Assembly (NCBI GenBank): GCA_050950645.1
Contig: JBMNHZ010000009.1
Coordinates: 295,515 to 359,514 of the forward strand
Reading direction: 5' to 3'
Origin: Lutisporaceae bacterium
GTDB lineage: Bacteria > Bacillota > Clostridia > Lutisporales > Lutisporaceae
DNA: 64,000 nucleotides
Part shown: positions 19,244 through 27,137 of the stretch, one piece after another
Position numbering within the stretch: position 1 is the stretch's first letter
Layout of the letters: the number at the start of each line of letters is the position of its first letter
Notes under the pieces: model-generated
Database searches by the model: none
What the model was told of the DNA's origin: nothing
The model's input: the letters and a program-made list of their open reading frames with translations, nothing else
Made by a program: the position numbers and the translations under genes

Positions 19244-21196
19244 TTATTTTTTAACTTCAATTGCCATCCCTTCTACATGTCTTTTTCCCATTGCCTTTCT
19301 CTTCTTTCTGTTTTCCTTGCTCTCCATGATGACATCAAAATCATAATCTTCCGGGTAAAGCTCCTTTGAATCTATATAGAGGTTGAGCCTCTTTCTGTTT
19401 ATTATGAACTTCTTATGCATCACCATAACACCGAGATTGCCCTTCCCATCCTCCTGCTCGCATACAATTCCTGTGCGGTTCATACTGCTTATATACACGC
19501 AATCACCGATTTTGAAAGCAGTTTGATTCATGGTTTTTTCATGATTCTTCTTATCCTCCGCTAGTTTGATGCTCTTGTTTATCTGTTCCGCATGTTTTTG
19601 AACCACCTCAGTGTTCTTGACAGGAGTTATCCTGTCTGAGGGCTTGAATTTACCGTAAGTTTTTCTTTCCTTATAGGTGATTTCATGGGCTCTTTCTATT
19701 ATATCCTGCCTCATTCCTAATCTTAAGGCTATAAGAAAGGCGTTGCTTTCACCCGGCTTTCCAATTTTCAGCCTGTACAGAGGCTGCAGGGTATCAGGAT
19801 CAAATTCCATGCACCCGTTTTCAAAGCCTTCCTTGCTGTATGCGTAATCTTTTATTTCACTGTAATGGGTGGTGGCAATTGTGACTGCACCTTTCTTGTA
19901 TGTCTCTTCCAGAATGGCAATGGCGAGGCCCATGCCTTCTCCGGGATCAGTTCCGGCTCCCAGCTCGTCTAATATGACCAGAGTATTCCTGCCTGCACAC
20001 TCGATAATACTTATTATATTTCTGATATGAGAGGAGAAGGTGCTTAAGGATTGTTCAATGCTTTGGCCATCTCCGATATCAGCAAGTATATCGGTAAATA
20101 CGGCAAATTCACTCCTGGGATCTGCCGGCACATGGAGCCCCGACTGCACCATAAGTGTCAGTAGGCCTATGGTTTTAAGAGCAACAGTTTTGCCCCCTGT
20201 ATTTGGGCCTGTTATGACTAAGGTTCGATACGAGTCCCCAATACTTATATCCAGAGGCACAGCTGATGTTCCTATTAGGGGGTGCCTGGCTCCACGGATA
20301 TCCAGCCTGCCGCAGGTATTGATACTTACGGGGCAGGCTTCCAGAGATTTGCTGAACCTTCCCTTGGCGAACAGAAAGTCATAATACGACATAACCTGTA
20401 TATTTGCTGTTATTTCTTTCTTATATGATTCTACAAGATTTGTAAGCATGGACAATATATTGTAGACTTCTTTGTCTTCCTCTATTCTGCAATGATTCAG
20501 TTCATCCTGGAGCTTTCTTACTTCCAAAGGCTCAATGAAGACAGTAGACCCGCTGGCTGAGCTGTCCATTACTTCTCCATCCACGTTTTTCCGGTATTCT
20601 CTTTTTACAGGTACAACATATCTGCCGTTTCGGGTGCTTATTATCCCATCCTGAAGATACCTGGCATAGGCCGGGGATCTTAAAATACCCTCAAGCTTAC
20701 TTTTTATCCTGTCTTCAAGTATTATTATTCTCTTTCTGATTTTAGACAGTTCGCTGCTGGCCTTATCAGCGACCATTCCATTCTGAATGCACCTGTTTAT
20801 TTCCTCAGATAACTCATCAAGCTCATAGGCAGACAAGGCAAAGCTGCTTACAATCGGAGCCATTGCTGATTTATCCTCCATGAACCGCTTAAGCTTAACC
20901 ACCTCCTGAAGCAATCCCAGTATTAATTCGAACTCTTCCGGAAGCAGGGTCATGCCCTTGCCCAGCTTGCTGACAGCGTTTTCTATACCGTTAAGGCTGT
21001 GGATCGGTACACTGCCGCTTCTCTGCAATATTGCGCAAGCTTCGGTGGTTTCATTCATCCACGAGGATATGGTATTTATATTCAGAGATGGCTCGAGCTT
21101 GTCAATCAAATCCTTTCCCAGGTCGGATACCGTATATTTTTTTAGCAAATCCTTGATTTTATCAAATTCCAGAATTTTTATAGCTGTTGAATTCAA
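19244..21196 (-). CDS. MutS2-family ATPase paralog lacking the C-terminal Smr domain
   Basis: 650 aa. MutS2-like N-terminus (ILEFDKIKDLL), Walker A ITGPNTGGKTV, and a KOW-like C-terminal segment (FKIGDCVYISS...GIV). The protein ends without an Smr nuclease domain. TTG start 8 nt after aggagg. Confidence 0.75.
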   Translation of the reverse strand: MNSTAIKILEFDKIKDLLKKYTVSDLGKDLIDKLEPSLNINTISSWMNETTEACAILQRSGSVPIHSLNGIENAVSKLGKGMTLLPEEFELILGLLQEVVKLKRFMEDKSAMAPIVSSFALSAYELDELSEEINRCIQNGMVADKASSELSKIRKRIIILEDRIKSKLEGILRSPAYARYLQDGIISTRNGRYVVPVKREYRKNVDGEVMDSSASGSTVFIEPLEVRKLQDELNHCRIEEDKEVYNILSMLTNLVESYKKEITANIQVMSYYDFLFAKGRFSKSLEACPVSINTCGRLDIRGARHPLIGTSAVPLDISIGDSYRTLVITGPNTGGKTVALKTIGLLTLMVQSGLHVPADPRSEFAVFTDILADIGDGQSIEQSLSTFSSHIRNIISIIECAGRNTLVILDELGAGTDPGEGMGLAIAILEETYKKGAVTIATTHYSEIKDYAYSKEGFENGCMEFDPDTLQPLYRLKIGKPGESNAFLIALRLGMRQDIIERAHEITYKERKTYGKFKPSDRITPVKNTEVVQKHAEQINKSIKLAEDKKNHEKTMNQTAFKIGDCVYISSMNRTGIVCEQEDGKGNLGVMVMHKKFIINRKRLNLYIDSKELYPEDYDFDVIMESKENRKKRKAMGKRHVEGMAIEVKK

Positions 21197-21273
21197 TTCA
21201 TATTCCTCCTAACCATTTTTGCAAAGCCTCCGTGCAATTCACTCAAATTTCGCACGAATAATTGCTGCTGTAA

Positions 21274-21315
21274 TAAGAAAAAGGCTGCAATCAGACCACG
21301 TCCAATCACAACCTT
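21274..21315 (-). terminator. Minus-strand-specific hairpin plus U-tract (terminator or attenuator) upstream of the mutS2-like gene
   Basis: The minus-strand RNA aaggttgtgattggac-gt-ggtctgattgcagcctt forms a 16-bp stem containing 5 G-U pairs and is followed by UUUUU. On the plus strand those positions become C-A mismatches. Confidence 0.45.
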
Positions 21316-21401
21316 CATATCCGATAAAGTCATATGTCCCTGCAGGGCAGACAAACGCCAATAGTTTTTATTTTACAAGGCAGCAAGCGGGCTTGTAAAA
21401 T

Positions 21402-21423
21402 AAAAAACCGTGCAGAAGCACGG
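21402..21423 (-). terminator. Rho-independent terminator (minus strand)
   Basis: The minus strand reads ccgtgc-ttct-gcacgg followed by tttttt. Confidence 0.6.
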
Positions 21424-21630
21424 TACTATACATGATATATAATTGGTTCCGTGTTCATTATATCAGAAGAGCAATAAAACAAAGCCTATTGCTTGCAGCA
21501 AACAGACGATGGAATTCTCTTCCGATGCTAGATTCAGTTATCTAGTTATGAACACTCTCAGACATAAAATACCTCGAATTAAAATCTTTGGCGTTTATCA
21601 AACCATTAGTCTCTGCGACTTTCATATTCT

Positions 21631-21659
21631 ATTCTATGTAAATATCCGCAATATGTCAA
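21631..21659 (-). promoter_or_regulatory. Near-consensus sigma-A promoter on the minus strand, just downstream of the aminotransferase stop
   Basis: The minus strand reads TTGACA (21659-21654), a 17-nt spacer (tattgcggatatttaca), then TAGAAT (21636-21631). Confidence 0.5.
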
Positions 21660-21678
21660 TATTTTTCACGGTAATTCT

Positions 21679-22851
21679 CTACAGCCTCTTCAAAGCCTTT
21701 TCTATACGTTCCAGGGCAATCTCAATATTATCGATGGAATTAGCGTAAGACAACCTCAGATAGCCTTCACCGCAGCTTCCGAAGCTTTCACCTGAAAGTG
21801 CGGCCACTCCCGCATTATTCAACAGGAAGTCTGCAAGCTCTTTACTGCTTATACCTGTTCCGGTTATATTGGGGAAGGCGTAGAAAGCTCCCTCAGGTTT
21901 TTTGCAGCTGATTCCTCTGATGCTGTTCAAGCCGTTTACTATGATATCCCTTCTTTTTTTGAATTCTGCTACCATTTCCGATACCGCATCCTGGGGGCCT
22001 GTAAGCGCTTCAATTCCTGCAATCTGGGTAAAGGTTGCAACACAGGAGTTTGAATTGGTCATAAGTGCGGTAAATTTTTGTGCCAGTTCTTTATTTGTTA
22101 TACTATATCCCAGCCGCCATCCGGTCATTGCATAAGCCTTGGAAAAGCCATCCAATATGATTGTCCAGTCCTTCATGCCTGGGATGGATGCGATAGATTT
22201 TACATTACCGCTGTAAACTATCCTTTCATATATTTCATCGGACAGGACATAAATTCCTTTTTCTTTTACGGCATCGGCAACAGCGTTTATATCCTCGGGA
22301 GTCAGCACTCCACCGGTGGGGTTGGCAGGGGAATTCAATATTATGAGCTTGGTTCTTGAGGTAATCTTGGATTTCAACTCATTTACGTCCAGCCTGAAGT
22401 CGTTTTCCTCCTTGATATCAACAGGAACAGGTACAGCCTGCAAAAAATGAATCAGGCTCTCATAAATGGGGAATCCCGGATTGGGATAAATAACCTCATC
22501 ACCAGCATTGACAAGAGCCATGAAAGTATAGTACATAACCGGTTTTCCACCAGGTACGACAACTACTTCATCAGGATCGGCATCAACATTTTTATATTTT
22601 TTTACATATTCTGCTATGGCTTCCCTCAGGGGCAGATAGCCCTGAGAAGGGGCATAATGGGTATAGCCTTCATCCAGAGCCTTTTTAGCAGCCTCTACAA
22701 TATTTTTCGGTGTATCAAAGTCCGGCTCGCCTATTTCAAAATGAACAATATGCTTTCCCTGGGCTTCCAGGGCTTTTGCTTTTGCCAGAACTTCGAAGGC
22801 AGATTCCCCTCCAAGGAGGGCCATTCTGTCGGCATATAGTTTATTTAACAA
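21679..22851 (-). CDS. Class I/II PLP-dependent aminotransferase (aspartate aminotransferase-like)
   Basis: 390 aa with EIGEPDFDTP near the N-terminus and the PLP-lysine motif FSKAYAMTGWRLGY. Starts at TTG. Confidence 0.8.
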   Translation of the reverse strand: MLNKLYADRMALLGGESAFEVLAKAKALEAQGKHIVHFEIGEPDFDTPKNIVEAAKKALDEGYTHYAPSQGYLPLREAIAEYVKKYKNVDADPDEVVVVPGGKPVMYYTFMALVNAGDEVIYPNPGFPIYESLIHFLQAVPVPVDIKEENDFRLDVNELKSKITSRTKLIILNSPANPTGGVLTPEDINAVADAVKEKGIYVLSDEIYERIVYSGNVKSIASIPGMKDWTIILDGFSKAYAMTGWRLGYSITNKELAQKFTALMTNSNSCVATFTQIAGIEALTGPQDAVSEMVAEFKKRRDIIVNGLNSIRGISCKKPEGAFYAFPNITGTGISSKELADFLLNNAGVAALSGESFGSCGEGYLRLSYANSIDNIEIALERIEKALKRL

Positions 22852-23040
22852 TTATAAACACCATCCTTCTGATATTTTTTAACCATTGCAACGCCGATCT
22901 TATTTTGCCTTTTTTAGTCATGTTCAATTCAGATCTTTCTACATCAACCGCAGCTGTTCATCAGCTGCCTGCCAACCTCCGGTACTGCCCCTGCTTCATG
23001 CACTCTGACAATTACAATGCCGCCTGATTGCTCGCAATAA

Positions 23041-23892
23041 TTATTCAAATTCTCTGAACAAGGCTTCAAAGGCTTCTTTGCTGTCTATTGCATGGTATAC
23101 ATGCTTGTCTTCAGGGAATCTTTCGTTTTTGACATCATCAACATATTCTTTGAATGCATTGGTGATTACTTCCGCTACATTTGCATACTTCTTGACAAAT
23201 TTGGGTGTGAAAGCCTGGAAAAGGCCCAGCATGTCCCCGCATATGATCAGCTGTCCGTCACAGGGAAGCCCTGCACCTATTGAATAGACAGGTATAGTGA
23301 GTTTTTTGCATATGTATTCCGTCAGCTCCGGCGGGACAGCTTCCAGAAGCAGTGCCCTGGCTCCTGCCTCCTGAATCGCAATAGCATCCTTTATAAGATC
23401 TCTTGCGCTGTCGACGGTTCTGCCCTGTGCCTTGAACCCGCCCAACTGTCCTGAGCTCTGCGGTGTTAATCCAATGTGCCCGAATACAACTATTCCGGCA
23501 TCACTGATGGCTTTGATTTTGCTTATGACTCTGATCCCGCCTTCCAGCTTGATTGCATCCACATCTGCTTCCTTCAGGAATCTGCATGCGTTTCTTACTG
23601 CCTCTTCATCCGAGGTCTGATAAGATCCGAAGGGCATATCACCGATAATAAAGGTGTTTGGTGCTCCTCTCCTTACTGCCTGACAGTGGGATATGCAATC
23701 ATCCATTGTAACAGGGACTGTGCCCTGATATCCCAATACAACCATGCCCAAAGAATCTCCTACGAGGATCATGTCCAGGCCTGCCTGTTCAGCAAATGAA
23801 GCCATTGGGAAATCATAGGCGGTAATCCAGGCAACCTTTTCGCCTTTCTTCTTCATTTCATAGAAGTCCACTATTGATTTTTTCTTTCCCAT
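23041..23892 (-). CDS. panB: 3-methyl-2-oxobutanoate hydroxymethyltransferase
   Basis: 283 aa. MILVGDSLGMVVLGY and KLEGG motifs are typical of PanB. Confidence 0.85.
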   Translation of the reverse strand: MGKKKSIVDFYEMKKKGEKVAWITAYDFPMASFAEQAGLDMILVGDSLGMVVLGYQGTVPVTMDDCISHCQAVRRGAPNTFIIGDMPFGSYQTSDEEAVRNACRFLKEADVDAIKLEGGIRVISKIKAISDAGIVVFGHIGLTPQSSGQLGGFKAQGRTVDSARDLIKDAIAIQEAGARALLLEAVPPELTEYICKKLTIPVYSIGAGLPCDGQLIICGDMLGLFQAFTPKFVKKYANVAEVITNAFKEYVDDVKNERFPEDKHVYHAIDSKEAFEALFREFE

Positions 23893-24672
23893 TTTGATTC
23901 CTCCTTAAATTTATTGCATCCGAGCTTCATGGATATTTCCCGGGTATAATTCATTAATGTCACGCTTATTTCTTTTCGGAGATGCTCGCTCATTCTGGAA
24001 GTAGGACCGGATAAGCTTATGGCGGCAAATGGGATGTTAAAGTGGTTATAAATAGGCGCCGCTATGCAGCTCAAGCCTACCTCAAGCTCTTCATTATCCT
24101 CTGCATATCCCTTGCTTCTTATTAATTCAAGAGATTTCATTATCGAGTTTTTGTCAGATAGCGGTATTATTGGTGTATTTTCTGAATTCCATCCTTTCAA
24201 GCTTGCTGATAAGCTCATCGGAGGGAAGGCCGGCCATTATAGCCTTTCCTACCGCAGTGCAATACAGGGGCAGCCTGCCTCCGACCATGGTACTTATATT
24301 CATTGAACGTTTGCTTTCGACTTTTTCAAGGTAAATAACCGAAAGATCGTCCATAGCTACAAGGTTGGCTGTTTCCTGATACATTTTTACCAGCTGCTCC
24401 AAATAAGGTACGGCTATGTGCCGGAGTGTCGAGTTTACCTTAGTGCCCAGCCTGAATAATTCCAGACCTAATCTGTACTTTCCCGTATGCTCGTTTTTTT
24501 CAATTAGTTTATTTGCTTCAAGGGTGGATATTAAACCAAAAGCAGTGCTTTTATGAAGCCCAGCCATTTTGCTTATCTCAGTAACTCCTAATTCTTCATA
24601 ATTTTCAAAGCAGCGAATTATTTGTATTGCTCTGCTGACTGATTGTATTACATTTTCGTTGGATTTGTTCAA
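23871..24672 (-). pseudogene. IclR-family transcriptional regulator split by a frameshift in an A4 run
   Basis: The N-terminal ORF (24154-24672) carries the HTH and the start of the effector domain. The C-terminal ORF (23871-24218) carries the IclR effector motifs (GYAEDNEELEVGLSCIAAPI). The frames meet at gaattcagaaaatacacca (plus-strand T-run 24178-24181). One extra A would give ...MEFRKNTPIIPLSDKN... Confidence 0.7.
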
Positions 24673-24784
24673 TATTATCTCCTCCTATTAGCGATGTACT
24701 ATAATATAGAACAATATACTATAATATATTACATTATTATTTTAGCTTATTATATCTAAAATTTCAATATTTTTCTTTGATAAT

Positions 24785-26449
24785 TGTGATTATCGTGTGA
24801 TAATGTCACCTTGTAAACTATCGTGATAAATGTCACTATGAAGAATGAGGTGCATTATCTAATGTCCCAAAATCAATTGACTCGTTTTGCTGTATTAACT
24901 AAACTAATTGATGGACACATAACTGTCAAACAAGCTGCTGAAGTCTTGATCTTAGTGAACGCCAAATCAAGCGCTTAAAGAAAGGTGTGATGCAAGACGG
25001 CGCTGCGTTCCTCAAACATAAAAATTCTGATCGTAAACCTCAGCATGCTTTTAGTGATGAATTTGTACAAAAAATTGTTAATCTAAAAGAATCCGAATTA
25101 TATAAAGATGCTAATTTCAAGCATTTTCAGGATCTTCTTGAAGAGCATGAGCATATTTCAATAAGTTATGCTGCTCTCCATGAAATACTCAAAAAAGCCG
25201 GTATTCAAAGTCCCAAAAAGAGACGCCGTTTTAAGCCCCATCGCCGTCGCAAACGCAAACCACAAGAAGGTCTTTTAATCCAAATGGATGCCACTCCATT
25301 TGAATGGTTTGGTACCAATGATAAATTTGACTTGCATGGCGGTATAGACGACTCTACGGGAAAAATTGTCGGTCTACATATGACTAAAAATGAATGCCTT
25401 CACGGATACTTTGAAGTGACAAAACAAATCATCCGTAAAAATGGCGTCCCTGTCAGTATTTATGCTGATCGCCATGCTATCTTTCTATCACAAAATGCTT
25501 CCAAGCTAAGTATTGAGGATCAACTTGCCGGAAAGATAGTTAATGATACTCAGTTTGGTAGAGCTATGAAAGAACTTGGAATTACACTCATTCCTGCCCG
25601 ATCAGCACAAGCAAAAGGTCGTGTTGAAAGGCTTTGGGAAACCTTGCAAAGCCGTTTGCCTGTTGAGTTCAAGATTGCAAACGTTAAAACCGTGGACGAA
25701 GCCAATGCCTTTCTCTCAACTTATATTGATAAATTTAACCAGCAATTTAGTGTAGAGCCTGAAGATGCTGAATCTGCTTTTAGAGTATTACCACCTACTA
25801 TCGATTTAGATAAAGTGCTTTGTGTTAAAATCACAAGAACAGTTGATAATGGAGGTGTTTTCTCATTGTATAACAGAAACTTCAAAGTTTTAGAAAATCA
25901 ATCCTCCAATATACTCCCTCCGAGAAAGTCTAAGGTCTACGTACTGATAAGCCCTGTATTTGGAATAAAGGCACAGTATGAGAAAACCACCTTTGATGTC
26001 ATTAACTATATAAAACCAATTAAAGTTACTACACCTTCAGAACCTAAGAAAAAGAAGCCCTGGACTCCGCCAGACAGTCATTATTACAAATATGGTCACA
26101 CATTGATGAAAAAGCTTAACTATGAAGAAAGTGACCAGGAAATCCTCAGAATTCTTGAGGACATATTCCTTAAAAAGTATGCTTAACCCCAATCTAAGAG
26201 AAAAAATTTTAAGTACGGTTGACAATGAGAGGTTCCTATATGATAGCCTTATTGGCGGCCAGCCAGTATGCCCTTAGCCCAGCTCCAGAGAAAAAGCTAC
26301 GGGGCATGAAGGCTTAGCCCGCTGGCTTATCATCATATAGGAGAGGCTCGTTGTCAACCGGATCCTTAAAAATTTTTCTCCTACTGAAAGTGACATTTTC
26401 ATACGATAATTAAGTCACTTTTAGGGTGACATTTTCACAAAGTATTGAC
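24785..26449 (+). mobile_element. ISNCY (ISBst12-like) insertion sequence with a frameshifted transposase
   Basis: Flanked by an 18-bp direct repeat atatttttctttgataat (24767-24784 and 26450-26467). Subterminal inverted repeats gtgataatgtcacctt (left) and agggtgacattttcac (right), with further gtgacatttt/aatgtcac copies at both ends. Confidence 0.6.
24862..26186 (+). pseudogene. ISNCY/ISBst12-like DDE transposase (HTH + rve), N-terminal frameshift
   Basis: ATG 24862 (RBS gaggtg) encodes MSQNQLTRFAVLTKLIDGHITVKQAAEVL and hits a stop at 24976-24978. The +2 frame continues DLSERQIKRLKKGVMQDGAAF... into the 399-aa track ORF. The junction cttgatctt at about 24948 would be restored by one extra G (ttg gat ctt). 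Confidence 0.65.
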
Positions 26450-26691
26450 ATATTTTTCTTTGATAATCATAATGATTATTTCATATTAGATATTATACAA
26501 AGTATTAAGCAGAATCTGTTACAGAACCCGTGAATTTGGCTTCATAGAATATTATAAAAATATGTTAATAAATATTATAAAAAGCTTTATAATATTTATT
26601 GCGAAGAGAAAAACAAGCATTATATAGATTATCTAAAATGATTGTATGTAATATACTCTTAAGTTATATATTTCTCTAGGCTTTAACCATA

Positions 26692-26720
26692 TTGACAAAA
26701 GGTGAGATAAGCATTATAAT
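26692..26720 (+). promoter_or_regulatory. Consensus sigma-A promoter of the tRNA-tuf operon
   Basis: TTGACA (26692-26697), a 17-nt spacer, TATAAT (26715-20). tRNA-Tyr begins 13 nt downstream. The upstream region is AT-rich. Confidence 0.65.
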
Positions 26721-26732
26721 ACCATATTGTAC

Positions 26733-26817
26733 GGAGAGGTTCCCGAGAGGCCAAAGGGGGCAGACTGTAAATCTGTTGTCACAGACTTCGATGGTTCGAA
26801 TCCATCCCTCTCCACCA
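26733..26817 (+). tRNA. tRNA-Tyr (GUA)
   Basis: Hand-folded cloverleaf: acceptor ggagagg/cctctcc, anticodon loop cuGUAaa, long variable arm, T-loop gguucgaauc, encoded CCA. Confidence 0.85.
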
Positions 26818-26820
26818 TTT

Positions 26821-26894
26821 GCGGGCATAGTTCAGTGGTAGAATACCAGCTTCCCAAGCTGGCTATGCGGGTTCGATTCCCGTTGCCCGCTCCA
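26821..26894 (+). tRNA. tRNA-Gly (CCC)
   Basis: Acceptor gcgggca/tgcccgc, anticodon stem ccagc/gctgg with loop uuCCCaa, T-loop gguucgauuc, encoded CCA. Confidence 0.8.
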
Positions 26895-26908
26895 GTATCA
26901 TATACCGT

Positions 26909-26985
26909 GCTCACGTAGCTCAGCAGGTAGAGCACTTCCTTGGTAAGGAAGAGGTTCGGCGGTTCAAGCCCGCTCGTGAGCTCCA
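26909..26985 (+). tRNA. tRNA-Thr (GGU)
   Basis: Acceptor gctcacg/cgtgagc, D-arm gctcagcagguagagc, anticodon stem cttcc/ggaag with loop uuGGUaa, encoded CCA. My hand fold gives a 6-nt variable region, so the exact fold needs tRNAscan-SE. Confidence 0.75.
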
Positions 26986-27137
26986 TTTTTATATTAGACA
27001 CACACGGATGAGTTTGCTTGAACTCTATGGCGATTTTCATCGGCAGCCGGATGAGAACTGATGAATAGCTGTGCAGATAGTTTCAGGCTGTTTATGCATT
27101 TAACTTACAATCTTGAAACTTAGAGGAGGAAAGTAAA

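Noticed and set aside
21199-21339. 46-codon minus-strand ORF (MTLSDMKVVIGRGLIAAFFLL...) ending on the mutS2-like start
   Set aside because: The only purine-rich stretch (aggga) is 3 nt from the ATG, and the ORF runs through the G-U hairpin terminator. It is too short to evaluate by eye. It is worth a look in ribosome-profiling data but is not reported as a gene.
21443-21748. 101-aa plus-strand ORF in the aminotransferase/mutS2 intergenic region
   Set aside because: It starts in noncoding DNA and runs antisense into the 3' end of the aminotransferase gene. It has no RBS and an implausible composition. The region is better explained by minus-strand promoter and terminator signals.
22852-23040. 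Possible riboswitch or leader in the 190-nt gap between panB and the aminotransferase gene
   Set aside because: The only clear structure is a 7-bp hairpin (gcagctg/cagctgc). I could find no T-box core, no terminator with a U-tract and no known riboswitch motif. Most simply it is an intra-operon spacer.
26714-27040. Track ORFs 26714-27040 (-) and 26727-26918 (+), 108 and 63 aa
   Set aside because: They lie entirely over the three tRNA genes. The tRNA cloverleaves explain the sequence, so the ORFs are artefacts.
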